From: Eledone cirrhosa
Lineage: Eukaryota
DNA: 64,000 bases
NCBI GenBank assembly: GCA_964016885.1
Contig: OZ024757.1
Location: forward strand, 23,932,001 to 23,996,000
Reading direction: 5' to 3'
How positions within the stretch are numbered: position 1 is the first letter of the stretch; every line of letters starts with the position of its first letter. Below the pieces are notes generated by a model that saw nothing but the letters and a program-made list of their open reading frames with translations, was not told where the DNA came from and ran no database searches. Both the position numbers and the translations under genes were made by a program. Positions 36,214 through 52,203 of this stretch are shown here, piece after piece.

Positions 36214-36816
36214 GTCAGGTCACCAGTTGGTGCTACTGGTAACATGTATCCCAGTACAACCTGTCCCATGGTCGGGTCGTTGGCGACTAAACTGGCAACC
36301 CCACCAAGGTTTCTTGGTGAGGAGGGTGACTTTGGACATCCTGCAGGACTAAAAACAAAACCTGTCAAAGGGCAAAGGAGCTCTTAAGAGTGATCAAAAT
36401 CACCGGGAGAGATGACCCCTTAGCCTTTGTCAAAGCAGAATTCTAGGAGAAGGAAAACTCTGATATAACACCTGCAACCCTGATGGTATCCAATGATGTT
36501 GACTTGTTCTTCTTTTTGGTAAATATCATCTTGGTTAAGAGAGTGGGACTGGCTTTGTGCAGTGCCTTTGCTCACTATAAAAGCTTCACGGCACAGGCAT
36601 TGCTTTATATCTGGAGATCTCTCTGCACTTGTCGTCACATGGTACCATGGGCCCAGCACTATGTGTCAATAATTGTCACAAGTGTAGTGTTTGTACCAGA
36701 GTTTTCAAGTCACTGGCTGAGACTAAAAAGTCACACTCGTTCAGCGCATCAGTAGGGGTTCTCTTACATGGATATAAAGTAGTGGCCGTACTCGAAAACG
36801 AGTTGGCAGCCACCAT
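36214..36816 (+). mobile_element. Short RTE-like non-autonomous retroposon; inverted sibling 38270-38837, tail-only copies 39336-39418 (-) and 63245-63307 (+), relative at about 48500-48890
   Basis: 5' GGAGAAGGAAAACTCTGA motif, decayed C..C.R.FKS..SH zinc-finger-like end, and 3' tail GTAGTGGCCGTACTCGAAAACGAGTTGGCAGCCACCAT-(AT)n. Confidence 0.65.
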
Positions 36817-37048
36817 ATATATATATACGTATATATATTAAAAAAAATTAATATAAAAAAATATTTATATATATCATCATCATCATCATCATCATCACCG
36901 TTTTTCGCCCGTTCTTCCACGCTAGCATAAGTTAGACGAAATTATAGAGGCTGGATTCTTATAGAATTCCAGTAATAATCAAGAACTGATTATACTGAGC
37001 GATTGCCGGTCCAGCAAAAATTAAAAATTAGGATTGGGGCTCTGAAGT

Positions 37049-37112
<64 letters not shown>

Positions 37113-37584
37113 AGAGATATATTTATGGATATAGATATTATAGATACAAAAGAATGTAATGGACAATAGCGCTGCATTGGAGTTGTGTCAGCGACCGAGT
37201 CGTAGAGGTGCGACGAAAATGTTCACGCCAAGAAATAAACGAAATCTTTTTAGGCCAAGTTTTTCCTGCTCGTGTAGAATGACCGACGACAGTTGCATGG
37301 TAAATTTCACGAGCAAGTGGTTTCGTTGATCAAACAACTGGAACTGTTACCGTCGAAACCGACGGAGAACCATCACACCGACCTTACAAATACCATGTAC
37401 AGATTGGTTTGATAAGATGGGGCTTAGTAAATGGTGTCATTTGCCTAATACTTTTTGGAAAGCTTATTAAATTTAATGTCTCTTTCTACAGGAGCAGGGG
37501 AGGGGATGGAAGCAGAGTGCTTAATATGTGTCTGTAGTGGGTGGGGTGGGGTGGGGTAGGTTGTGCTGGTATTTTATATGTCTG

Positions 37585-37840
37585 TAGGTGTTGAGGACGG
37601 GGAAATGGGTTCAGGGTGGTGCGGCTTCTCCTATGTAGTTGGTGAGGACGGGGGAAATGGGTTGAGGGTGGTGGGGCTGCTCCTATGTGGTTGGTGAGGA
37701 CGGGGAAATGGGTTGAGGGTGGTGGGGCTGCTCCTATGTAGTTGGTGAGGACAAGGAAATGGGTTGAGGGTGGTGGGGCTTCTATGTAGTTGGTGAGGAC
37801 GGGGAAATGGGTTGGGGTGGTGGGGCTTCTATGTAGGTGG
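37585..37840. repeat. G-rich repeat of about 50 bp, about 5 copies
   Basis: GTAGTTGGTGAGGACGGGGAAATGGGTTGAGGGTGGTGGGGCT repeated. Confidence 0.85.
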
Positions 37841-38009
37841 TCAAGAAGGGTGGTCTTTAATGTGTCTAGTTGGTGGGGTTTGTTCTGTCCCTTTATACGT
37901 GGGGGGGGGGGGGGGGGGGAGAGCGGGGGTGTGTGTGTGGCATAAACGAAGAAATACGAACATCGTTAACAAATATCAACCTACAGTTTGATGTATTGAG
38001 GATACATAG

Positions 38010-38068
<59 letters not shown>

Positions 38069-38880
38069 TACATACATATACATATATACAGATACATACA
38101 TATATGCAAACATACATTCAGTCATACATATATACATACATACATGCATATATACATATATAAATGCATAAATGTATATATGTATGTATATATGCATGCT
38201 TGTATATATATATATGTATATATGTATGTATATATGTATATATGTATGTATATATGCATATATACATACATGGTGGCTGCCAACTCGTTTTCGTGTACGG
38301 CCACTACTTTATATCCATGTAGGAGAACCCCTACCGATGCGCTGAACGAGTGTGACTTTTCAGTCCAGCCAGCGACTTGAAAACTCTGGTACAAAGACTA
38401 CACTTGTGACCATTATTGACACATAGTGCAGGGCCCATGGTACCATGTGACGACAAGTGCAGAGAGATCTCCAGATATAAAGCAATGCCTGTGCTGTGAA
38501 GCTTTTATAGTGAGCAAAGGCACTGCACAAAGCCAGTCCCACTCTCTTAACCAAGATGATATTTACCAAAAAGAAGAACAAGTCAACATCATTGGATACC
38601 ATCAGGGTTGCAGGTGTTATATCAGAGTTTTCCTTCTCCTAGAATTCTGCCTTGACAAAGGCTAAGGGGTCATCTCTCCCGGTGATTTTGGATGGCTATT
38701 GACTCTTAAGAGCTCCCTTGCCCTTTGACAGGTTTTGTTTTTAGTCCTGCAGGATGTCCAAAGTCACTCTCCTCACCAAGAAACCTTGGTGGGGTTGCCA
38801 GTTTAGTCGCCAACGACCCGACCATGAGACAGGTTGTATATACATATATACATACATATATACATATATACATACATGCA

Positions 38881-38925
<45 letters not shown>

Positions 38926-39218
38926 GCATATATACAGGCGCCTCGTTTGCCTTAAAAATGTGAGGGGGGGGGGGACAAACCAACATTTGTTGATTCTTAA
39001 AGGAGCATAAATTGCTTATGGAGCCTTTCCTGGACCCTATCTCATAAGCAAAATTTTACACTAATTAAATTTTATATATTCAAATGAAGTTCAGATATAA
39101 TGAAATAAGCTTAAAATGAATTTATTATTTCGAATAAACTAAAAATAAAATATAGACGGTTGAAAAAGTGGGGGGCGGGGACTTGCCCCTCGTACCCCCC
39201 CCCCCGAAACAAGGCCCT

Positions 39219-39274
<56 letters not shown>

Positions 39275-39651
39275 TACATATATAAACATACATACATGCA
39301 CGCATATATACATACATAAATGCATATATAACTACATGGTGGCTGCCAACTCGTTTTCGAGTACGGCCACTACTTTATATCCATGTAGGAGAAACCCTAC
39401 CGATGCGCTGAACGAGTGTATATATAACTACATATAAACATACATACATGCATACATACATGCATGCATACATATATACACATACAAGCATATATTCACA
39501 CATACATATATACATACATACATGCATACATATATACACATACACAAGCATGCATATATACATATATCTATACAGACATACATACATATATACACACATC
39601 TATACGCATATACATAAATACACATCTATACATACATACATATATACATAC

Positions 39652-39683
<32 letters not shown>

Positions 39684-39838
39684 CTATACATATATACACA
39701 CATCTATACATATATATATATATATATATATACACACATCTATACATACATACATTCATACATATGTATATATATATACACACACATCTATACATATATA
39801 CATACATTCATAAATATATATATACACACATCTATACA

Positions 39839-39890
<52 letters not shown>

Positions 39891-40183
39891 CACACATCTA
39901 TACATACATATATATATATACACATCTATACACACACACACATATATATATATATTTATATATATATATATACACATTTATACATACATACATTCATACA
40001 TACATATATATATATATTTACACACATCTATACATATATACATACATATATATATATATATATACACACACACATCTATACACATATACATACATATATA
40101 TACACACACACATCTATACATATATACATACATACATACATATATATATATATACACACATCTATACATATATACATACATTC

Positions 40184-40250
<67 letters not shown>

Positions 40251-40433
40251 TATATACATACATAATTGCAACAAACCCCCAAACAACAAAAAAGGGAAAA
40301 ATAAAACAAAACAAATAAATCAGTAAAATGCCAAGAGATGATATTCTGTTAATAATGGTGGCGTTGGTGAAAGGGGCGACTGGGCGATAGGGGGGGGGGG
40401 CACTGACACACATATCTATATATATATAGATAG

Positions 40434-40503
<70 letters not shown>

Positions 40504-41004
40504 TTGTGTATAATGGTAGCTATGGTGCTTCCATAGGCGGTATGCCAAAATTAGCACTCAATATTCATACAGAGTAGAGTGTAGATAGTATAAAGAAAAC
40601 GAAAAATCATTGATGCATCTGGACTCAGTTTATTGCGTTTTACAATTGTTTCGCCGGCAGGTAGCTCGAGACATGATCACTGTATGGATCTGGCTGATTC
40701 TACGGCTGCAGCTTCCTTCGGACACATGCAATTCTTTCGCAGCAAATTTCCTCAGTATATATATATATATTCTCAACCTGTTAGTTCTATCGTTACTTTG
40801 GTATATTATTGTGTGTTAGATTAGCCTACCACAATGTTCGATTTGTAAAGCTATTTAAATGTATGTTATTACTCTAAGGACCTACCTTATCGAGTGCTTT
40901 GCTAACTCATCATTTCATATAAGTAGGCCGAAATTGCTTGCAAACCGCCAGAGATTCGATTTTACTAAATTTCCAATTATATATATATACAGAGAGAGAG
41001 ATAG

Positions 41005-41085
<81 letters not shown>

Positions 41086-41255
41086 AATGAGTAGGACCCC
41101 GACGGCTGAGCTCAAGCCGTTTCGAAGGCTAATTCTGGACTCGGGGTCCTACTCGTTCCTATTACCCACTCTACTACCCTAAGTATTGAGTACTTTGGTG
41201 CGTTATGGTCCACCTGGTTCCTTACCACATTTCCTTCGTTATATATATATATACA

Positions 41256-41350
<95 letters not shown>

Positions 41351-41498
41351 ACATATATATAGACACACATATATATAGATAGATAGTTAGACATATATAT
41401 AGACAGATATATATATATATATAGAGATATATATATATATATATATAGATAGACACACACGCACTCACACACACATATATATATATAGATATAGATAG

Positions 41499-41531
<33 letters not shown>

Positions 41532-41572
41532 GATAGACACACACACACACATATATATAGATAAATAGATAG

Positions 41573-41658
<86 letters not shown>

Positions 41659-42720
41659 GCACACACACATATATTCATAGGGCACATGTACATAGACACA
41701 TACATGTATATAGACACGAATATACACGCACACAAACACATACATAAATGCAGATACATATACATACACACTCACACACATGCAGGCACATTTACATAGA
41801 CACATACATGCACACACACACACAGAAACACACATATATACACACACACATATATACACACCAAGATATATGCACACACACAGAAACACACATACATATA
41901 TATAATATACACACACACATATATACACCAAAATATATGCACGCAAACACAGAAACACAGAAACACACATATATATACACACACATATATACACACCAAG
42001 ATATATGCACACACACACACAGAAGCACACATGCACACACATATATATATATACACACACATATATATATATATACACACACATATATATACACACCAAG
42101 ATATATGCACGCACACACAGAAATACACATACACATATATATATATAAACATATATATATATATACACATATATATATATATATATACACACACATATAT
42201 ACACACCAAGTTATATGCACGCAAACACACAGAAACACACATACACACATATATATATATACACCAAGATATATGCACGCAAACACAGAAACACACATAC
42301 ACACACATATATATATATATACCAAGATATATGCACGCAAACACAGAAACACACATACACACACATATATATATATATATACACTCACACATATACACAC
42401 CAAGATATATGCACGCAAACACAGAAACACACATACACACATACACACACACATATATATATATACACTCACACATATACACACCAAGATATATGCACGC
42501 AAACTCACGCATTTTGGGAATTACTTTGGTGAACTTTCAACTTTCTGGATGTACAAAAAGGTTACAATTGTTCTATCTATGAACCTCCCCTCTCCCCATC
42601 TCTTGTTTTAACCAGAAGATGGGAAGATTATTAAATGGTGTTGTTGTTGTTGTTGTTGTTTGTTGTGCTGTTGTTACGTTATATAACCAGCAGTGTTATA
42701 AGATGTAAAACACACAAGTA

Positions 42721-42756
<36 letters not shown>

Positions 42757-43365
42757 TGAACAATGGGGTTTAGTATAGGCCAGGAAATTACTTTTATGCG
42801 GTGTACTTTTAATTTAAAGAGGTGTTGGTTTACACACACACAGATACACACGCAGAGATACACACACAGATACACACGCAGAGATACACACACAGCTACA
42901 CTGAAACACATGCACATACAGATGCATACCGCCACACAGACATATATAAACATTGACACACGCCCCCCCCCCCCCCCGGCACACACACAGACATTGAGGC
43001 AATTGAGAGACACAAACATTTGATGCACACACACACACGCACGCACACATACACACGCACACAGACATAGGTACGCACAGAGACTCACACCTACACACAC
43101 ACACACACACACGAACACACTGAGGTACACGAATACACAGACACATTGATAGGATTTAATATAGTTTAGGAAATTATTGTATGCAGTGTACTTTTAAGAT
43201 GAAGAGGCGTTGGTTTACACACACACACACACACAAATACTGTCACACGAATGTTAACATACACACACTCTGACAAACAAATATTGACATTTACAGACTG
43301 ATACAGAAATACTAACACACAAACACACACTCACACAATCGCACACAAACACACACACACACACC

Positions 43366-43508
<143 letters not shown>

Positions 43509-45206
43509 GGGATTTAAAATCTAAGAGTAAATAATCTAATTTGAATCAAAAACAAGATTCTACCCACGGAATCATATGACCTTGCAACCTGTGCACAGCC
43601 GACAGCCTGGAAATCCTCTTTGCCAAAGCTCCCACATTCAATAAACATGCCGAAAGAATATTCCCTTGCTTGCATAAACTATCTTAGTGTGTTAGACATT
43701 TAAACGAATTACAAGTCGTTCTGACCTAATATTTGGGATGAACCTCCATAGATTTCGAGGATGAGCGTTCCAGTTGTTCGATCAACGGAAAGCCTGCCCA
43801 CGAAATAAAAGTGTAAGTGGCTGAGTATTCCACACGCACGTGTACCCGAAATATAGTTCTCAGTGAGATTCTGCGTGACACGCTGTGTGACAAGACCCGG
43901 CATTTGAAATAGTGGTGGTGGTGTTGGTGATAGTGTTGGTGGTGGTGTTGGTGGTGGGGGTGATGGTGATAGTAGTGATGGTGATGGTGTTGGTGGTGGT
44001 GGTGGGGGTGAGGGTGATAATAGTAGTGGTGATGGTGATGGTGTTGGTGGTGGTGGTGGTGATAATGGTGGGGGATAGTGATAATGGTGGTGATGGTGAG
44101 TGACTGAGTCTGATTTTTCTTGTCAGAGATCCTCATCAGTCATTCAATTCTTGCCAAGTTCTCAGAACGGTCCACAGAAATAATCTATTGTGTAAAGAAC
44201 ACTTACTGGTGAGGTGAGTTAAAATAATGGTATTGGAGTATTTCCAAAGTGTTCGCCATCCATGAAGAACGTAGCTAAGTAGAAACCTTCAAACTTGGTG
44301 TGCGTGAGCTGAAAATAATGTTTAATTGTACAGAGCGTGGCCTTGGGGAAATTTTCCATTGTCATCATCTTAATTGGAGTAATCACAGAATATTCTACAC
44401 AAACACAAGAAAGAAAACTACTATCGTTCGTCCTTCTGAGATCTCGGTGGACATTAAGTGAAAAATGTTTCGTTGAAGATGAGCAATAAGACCGAAAGAT
44501 GTCCGGAGTTATCAGTACTGCTGCCAAAAAACCCACACTCTCTGCCTTTCTCCGTATAGTTCCAGTAATATTAAATTTACTGGTATATTTGTTTATTTTC
44601 TGGGAAAATATGAATTTGTTGTCCTTCAAAATACTGTGTTAATTTACATAATTACACTAAATAATGTAAGAGGATGAAGCCATTGTGTTCGTATATAAAA
44701 CAGTATGTTATTTGAAGGCTACGACTATGCAAAATAGATGATAGATATTGGAATAAATTGAAGGCAACAAAGATGGTGTGTCCTCTGTTATTTTATTTAC
44801 CTTTCCTAATATTTCGAGTCCGAAAACCCTTCTCTAGAAGACTCTAAAGTAAATCATTTTTCTAATCAGTAACATTTTCTAATGTCTATTGCAGTGTTTG
44901 GGCGCATACAATATTCTTAGATTTCTACGATATATACATTTGAGAGGAAGTAATACGACCCCAGTTAATATACTATTAACGACTAGGCTACCCCTTATAT
45001 CATTGCTACGGTCTACAGATACAATATTATTACTTGGTAATAATACTATAAGTGTTTAAGTCTATTAATAATTGTTTCTAATTTAGGCACAAGGCCAGCA
45101 ATTACCCAGTGCATTACTGGTACTTTATTTTATCGATCCTTAAGTCTATTAATAATAGACTTAAACACTTGATAAACGGATTCGCTGATGTAAACTTACA
45201 GAAATA

Positions 45207-45375
45207 CCGTATTTCCCGGCGCCGAAGATGATTCGTCCGTGAGGACGCACCCTAATTTTGACAACCAAAAATTTGAAAAAAAAATAATAAACAACCTTCG
45301 GCCTCCAGGACTCATGGTAGAGTTTTGTGACTTATTTTGGGAAAAAAGTAGCGTCTTCGACGCCGGGAAATACTG
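45207..45375. mobile_element. pogo/Tigger-like MITE; partial sibling at about 35605-35700
   Basis: TIRs CCGTATTTCCCGGCG / CGCCGGGAAATACTG, with TA on the left flank. Confidence 0.65.
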
Positions 45376-46527
45376 AGGTTTAATTATAATTTAGATGTCT
45401 ACATAGTATTTCTCCTGCGTTCACCAGCACCTTACCGAAGCAAACGTATCGATTGATAATCGATCTAGTGCGTATAATAAGCAGATGCAGTCAAGCAAGA
45501 TTACCCTTGGGTTTGTCGAGGTGCATGCCTAAATATAAAGCCCAACCGACATACAAGCTGATGCCGACACTTGCTGGCTTGATAGTGTACTGTCACGTGA
45601 CCGTACCACGGATGTCTTATTGACATAAAAAGTGATTTAGTATTAATTACCCTATTTTTGTATTAATAGTGATTTTAAGTATCAACACGTGGGCGGAATG
45701 AACACAGAAAATGCCTACTTAGGTATTAACTTTTTACGCAAGTATAACATGATTATATGTTATACATGTTTATGGGATCGCAGACACTTTTACCTGAATA
45801 ATTACATATGAACAATACCTAACACCATAACGAACAACAACGCGCATATCTTACATATCTTTATTCCAAGTTCATAAAGTGACTTGTCTTTGTACCTAAT
45901 TAGAAGTTCAGCTCTTTTTGCTCTAACAATTTTCAATGCACAGCAAACCTCCTCCGCAATGTTTAAATTTACCTGCCTTTTAAACCACATACTTTACCTG
46001 GTTTATTTTTCTTTATCTTGTTTTCATGTTTTGTTTTTGTACGCTTGTTTGTTTAATGGTATAATAGGACCAAGTGATTCATGTAAATAGATCTATATCC
46101 TGACGAGTATTCCGAGAGTTGTTATCGTATCATCGATATAATTAATTAAGTGGCTAATAAATTTAGTCGATAGTCGATTGGAATCGTAACTCTTTTAATC
46201 GAAAAGATTTATTTTTCTCTTGCACGATCTAGCATTTTAAAATGGTACTCTCAATTAAATCGTGCGAGACCATTTTGCTGGTTTCAGAGCTGATGACAGT
46301 GAAGATGTGAGCGTGTAAACTTGTCTTGTACATCGCCTTTCTTCTTATACTTCTCCTTGACATCCTCCTCTTTCAATCTTTTCTATATTTCATCAGCCTG
46401 TCACCCACCTTGTGGATTGTCTCTCTGTTGACCGCTGGCTGCTGGTATCTGTCCTCTGAGGCATTTTTGACCATCACTGTCTTTGGCAGTATTTAGTTGT
46501 TTTAACGGGTGCTCTAGTGATGAGTTT

Positions 46528-46611
<84 letters not shown>

Positions 46612-46639
46612 ACACACACACATATATATAGCTGATGAA

Positions 46640-47420
46640 CAGTGTGGTTTTCGCCATGGACGCAGCACAGCCGACTAAATATTCACACTGCAACAGGCCT
46701 TCGAGAAATCGTGAGAGTATTGCCAAGATGTATATTCTTGTTTTGTCAACCTTGAAAAGGCATATGACCGCGTTCCTCAGGACAAGGTGTGGAAGGATGT
46801 GCAGGAGTCTGGGATTGATGGTCAGCACGTTGCTACCCTGATGTATCTATACGAATTCTTAAGTATTTGTATTCAGCTAAATCGAAACCATTCAATGTGG
46901 GAGTCGGACTCCGTCAAGGGTGCATACTGTCACCTCTCCTGTTCATTATTCACATGAACTGGCGGTGGATTAGCAGTATCGGTAGAGGGTCGGACGCCAT
47001 GCTTTACAGCAAAGAGTTACGGCCCTTTATGGTCTGGGTTCAAATCCCGCCGATGTTAACTTTGCCTTTCATCCTTACGGGGTCGATAAAATAAAGTACC
47101 AGTAATACACTGGGTAATTGCTGGCCTTGTGCCAAAAGTAGAACAAATTATTTACAGGATTGACATACGCAGCCAGGTTAGATGTAGTGCCATGACTGGC
47201 GAGTGGTAAATCAGTCGGCTGGAATTTGCAGACGACATGGTGTTACTTAACTCGACAGAAGGTGATCTCCAACTTGCACTCGATAGGTTTGATGCCAAGT
47301 GGTGCATGGCTGGAATGAAAATCAGTGCTACAAAAACTGAGACACTCTTCCTCTCAAGAAATCTGCTCAGTGCACTCTACGTGTAAATGGAGTTCCACAG
47401 AAGCAGTTAGAGAAGTTCAA
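46640..47420 (+). mobile_element. RTE-clade LINE reverse-transcriptase remnant interrupted by a SINE (46961-47151)
   Basis: VNLEKAYDRVP, GVGLRQGCILSPLLF, LEFADDMVLL and GMKISATKTE motifs in the expected order. Confidence 0.88.
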
Positions 47421-47470
<50 letters not shown>

Positions 47471-47476
<6 letters not shown>

Positions 47477-47832
47477 CAGAATATTAATAAATGAAGACAT
47501 TCACATAATCAAAATATATGTTTTATTATATATATTTCGGAGGTACTGTGCTGTTTTTTCAGTACGTCCTCGTCATATAAAATACATGAATTGATGTATG
47601 ACATACCTCAACTGTCTTGATGGTTCAATTCCAGTATTGGCTGTATTCCAGTATTGACTGCCAATACTGGAATTCAACCATCAAGACCGTTGAGGTATGT
47701 CATACATCAATTCATGTATTTTATCAGATGAGGACGTACTGAAAAAATAGCACAGTACCTTCGAAATATATATAATAAAACATATATTTTGATTATGTGA
47801 ATGTCTTCATTTATTAATATTCTGAATAATAT
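47471..47832. mobile_element. Fold-back element with two hammerheads, each with one core substitution (ATGACGA on minus; CAGATGA at 47725 on plus)
   Basis: Arms of about 170 bp; stem II GTACTG/CAGTAC; GAAA TATATA TA ATAAAA. Confidence 0.7.
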
Positions 47833-48281
47833 TAATAACTTCAGAAAACTTTCTTGTAGAGTGCTTTTAATCTATTGTAAAACTATATTCATTGAGTAAT
47901 CAATGAACCATATTAATCTTTGGTTATATGTATATATTAGGTATTAATTTAACAATGAAAATAATAACAACAAAGTCAAGTTATTTTATTTATTCATATC
48001 ATTGTTTATACCTATTATCTGACTCTGTATCTAAGGAATTAACTCAGCGGAACACGAAACCTTTCTATGGATTTCACAGGATTACTTGCCATCAGATTAC
48101 ATTGAGTTTTATTTACGGTACGGACCCTACCACCAAGGGTAGACGACATTGAAAAAAAAAAAATAATATATATATATATCTGCATCCCCTTGCATTGAAC
48201 CACAAAGTTACTAAGACAAAACCTATATATTTGATAGCATAGGTATGCATCTGTATATATATGTTGGTAGATATACTAATT

Positions 48282-48326
<45 letters not shown>

Positions 48327-48367
48327 TACAAATATTAATAAAATAGATGTTCTTTTGATCAATTACA

Positions 48368-48418
48368 TTTTATTATACATATTTCGGATGTACAACAGTA
48401 CGTCCTCATCAGACAAAA
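48368..48418 (-). ncRNA. Hammerhead motif, intact core
   Basis: TTTTGT CTGATGA GGA c GTAC tgtt GTAC a TCC GAAA TATGTA TA ATAAAA. Confidence 0.78.
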
Positions 48419-48979
48419 TATAATGATACATGACATACCCTGAGATGTTAAATGGTTAAGATTTAATCAAGGTAGTATATATATATATATATGCCCCCAT
48501 ATGGAGACATGGAAATACTCGGTTTGGTGCCCGAGTGCAAGGTGGCCCACCAGGAGTGAGAGACCCTTAGTTCTTGTGAAGACATCATTCTAGAAGAATG
48601 AAAACTCTGATATAAAACTTGAGACTCGATGGCGGCCGATGATGTTGACCTGTTCTTCTTTCTGGATACAAGTCACCATTGTTCAGAGAATAGGATTGGT
48701 CCAAGCAAGGCAGACATTGTAAACGAGTCTCACGACTGTTGCGTGAACATGGCCGTTGCCCTTTTATTTCGCTGTTGCATATGTAGGAAAGAATCTATGT
48801 CCTTGGCAGGGCTGAAAGTCATGTTCTTATTACCCGTGTATGAGAAAAAGGTCAAGGGATAGTAATTCTCGAAACCAAGATGCAGCCATTATGTATGTAT
48901 GTATGCATGCCTGTATGCATGTATGTCTGTATGTATGTATATATGTATGTATATATGTATGTACGTATATATGTATATA

Positions 48980-49046
<67 letters not shown>

Positions 49047-49413
49047 GTAAATATGTATATACGAATGTATATATATATGTATGTATGTATATACGAATGT
49101 GTATATATATATGTATGTATATACGAATGTCTGTATGCATGTATGTGTGTATGTATGTATGTATGTATGTATGTATGCATGTATATATGTATGTACGTAT
49201 ATATGTATATATGAATATATATATATATATATATGTATATATATGTATATATATATATATATGTATGTATATACGAATGTGTATATATATATATGTATGT
49301 ATATACGAATGTGTATATATATATATGTATGTATATACGAATGTCTGTATGCATGTATGTCTGTATGTATGTATGTATGCATGTATATATGTATGTACGT
49401 ATATATGTATATA

Positions 49414-49490
<77 letters not shown>

Positions 49491-49724
49491 ATACGAATGT
49501 GTATATATATATGTATGTATATACGAATGTGTATATATATATGTATGTATATACGAATGTGTATATATATGTATGTATGTATATACGAATGTGTATATGT
49601 ATGTATGTATGTATATACGAATGTGTATATGTATGTATATACGAATGTGTATATATATGTATGTATATACGAATGTGTATATGTATATATGTATGTATGT
49701 ATATATGTAGGTATATATGTATAT

Positions 49725-50200
49725 ATGTTCTGGTTTTATAATTTCACAAATTTTTACCAGTATAGAGAGAGAGAGAGTCGGTTTCTAACATGGATACAAG
49801 ACTCTCTCATTGGAAATTACACAACATCAACTAGGTAGATATGTATGTATGCCTGCATGTGTAGATATGGATGTTATTGTATGTGTGGATGTGTATGTTT
49901 TGAGTTGTATGTGTGCATGTGTATACGCTTCGTATCTGTACATGTGTATGTTTTCTCTTTCTCTTAATTTCGAGTATATTTTTTTGACCGGCCACCTTCC
50001 TGGTGGCAAGGTTGTAAAAGAAAAGAAATTGTCATCCCTTGAATCGCAAGAATGTTTTGCATATTTTGAAGGTGCCAGCTATCGCAGCCATTTGTAGACT
50101 ATGAATTAGGGAGCTGCGCTTTTTGTCCGCAAATCCAAGTTCGGTCATACTTTGGTCCAAGCGGGTTGGTATATAACCCGTAGCACCAATAATGATGGGT
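49725..50200 (-). mobile_element. Second R4/Dong-like 3' remnant
   Basis: IPIIIGATGYIP..L...LGF..LQ..AIAGTFKICKTF, followed by a 3' tail matching 25105-25320. Confidence 0.78.
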
Positions 50201-50786
50201 ATGTATGTATGTATGTATGTATGTATGTATGTATGTATGTATGTATGTATGTATGTATGTATGTATCCATGTATGTATGTATGTATGTATGTATGTATGT
50301 ATGTATCCATGTATGTATGTATGTATGTATGTATGTATGTATGTATGTATGTATGTATCTATGCATGTATGTATGTATGTATGTATGTATGTATGTATCT
50401 ATGCATGTATATATTGACCGTATCTGTAATTCTAAGGAGCAGCCGAGACAGGTTTGTCATATACAGAGTGACGTGTCACATGACTGTTCCACCAAAGGTA
50501 CAATTGTCTTTGGAATGTTCTGCTACTTAAATACTTTCATGTTCCATTTTGGTTCTACCCACTGATTAGCTTGATGTCAAGGGGGTACAGTTGTCTGGGG
50601 AATGCCCACTCATTTAATCACTACTTTAATTCAACGGAAGAATTTAATACCCAGTCCCGTTCATCAAACAACTGGAATGTTTGATCGTCGCCGATATCGA
50701 CGAAGGATCCATTTATTTATTTAATTGTTTGTTTGTTTGTTATCTACATACATACAAGCGCCATACATACATATATAAATACATAC

Positions 50787-50817
<31 letters not shown>

Positions 50818-50880
50818 CAAGCACCATACATATATACATACATACACACAAGCACCATACATACATACATAAATACATAC

Positions 50881-50913
<33 letters not shown>

Positions 50914-51138
50914 GAAGCACCATACATATATACATAAATACAAGCGCCATAAATACATACTTACAAGCGCCATACATACATATATATATATACATATACA
51001 CAAGCACCATACATATATACATACATACACACAAGCACCATACATACTTATACGCGCCATACATACAAGCACCATACATATATATATACATACATACATA
51101 CATACATATATATATATATATACAAGCACCATACATAC

Positions 51139-51175
<37 letters not shown>

Positions 51176-52146
51176 CAAGCACCATGCATACATATATACA
51201 TACATACAAGCGCCATAAATACATACTTACAAGCGCAATACATACATACACATATATATATACATATATACAAGCACTATACATATATACATACATACAC
51301 ACAAGCACCATACATACTTATACGCGCCATACATACAAGCACCATACATACATCACAGAACATTACTTTGAGATGAGAACAAACAGTTGGTATAAAACGG
51401 CGTATTAGAGGGGGTAGTGGTGGTGGTGGTGGTGTTGGAGGTGGTGGTGTTGGAGGTGATGGTGGTTGTGTTGGAGGTGATGGTGGTGGAGGTGGTGATG
51501 GTGGTTGTGTTGGAGGTGATGGTGGTTGTGGTGATGGTGGTTGTGTTGGAGGTGGTGGTGGTGGTTGTGGTGATGGTGGTTGTGTTGCAGGTGGTGGTGG
51601 TGATGGTGGTTGTGTTGGTGGTGTTGGAGGTCGTGGTGCTGGTTGTGATTGTGATGGTTGGAGAGGCATTAGTGGTGATGTTTATGTTGGTAATGGTGGT
51701 GATGGCTGTATTGGTGGTCTGGTAGTGATGGCTGTATTGGTGGTGTGGTGGTGATGGCTGTATTGGTGGTGTGGTGGTGATGGCTGTATTGGTGGTGTTG
51801 TTGGTGGTTGTGATTGTGGGAGAGGCATTGGAGGTGGTGGTGTTATGGTGGTGGCGATTGTAATGATTGTACTGGCGGTACTAATGGTGACGGTGGTGTT
51901 TGTTGTGATCGTGATGGCGGAGGGGGCGTTGGTGGTGATTGTGGTGGCGGCGCTAGAGAAGTAGTCTTGTAACACTAATTACTGTTGACGCAGTCCAAAC
52001 ACCAGTTTCTAGGAATTCCTGCCTTTAATCTGATATAAAGTACTGCTATAATAGTAGGGTTAGTCTGCTCCTATAGAAACCCTGAAATTACAACCTATCA
52101 TGGCTCTACTTTATCTTGTCCTCAACTGTCCTGCCCACCAGTTGAT

Positions 52147-52203
<57 letters not shown>

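Noticed and set aside
44219-44629. 136-aa non-repetitive ORF
   Set aside because: No recognisable motif and no IF head or coil 1A similarity. It may be a decayed TE, but that cannot be supported without a search.
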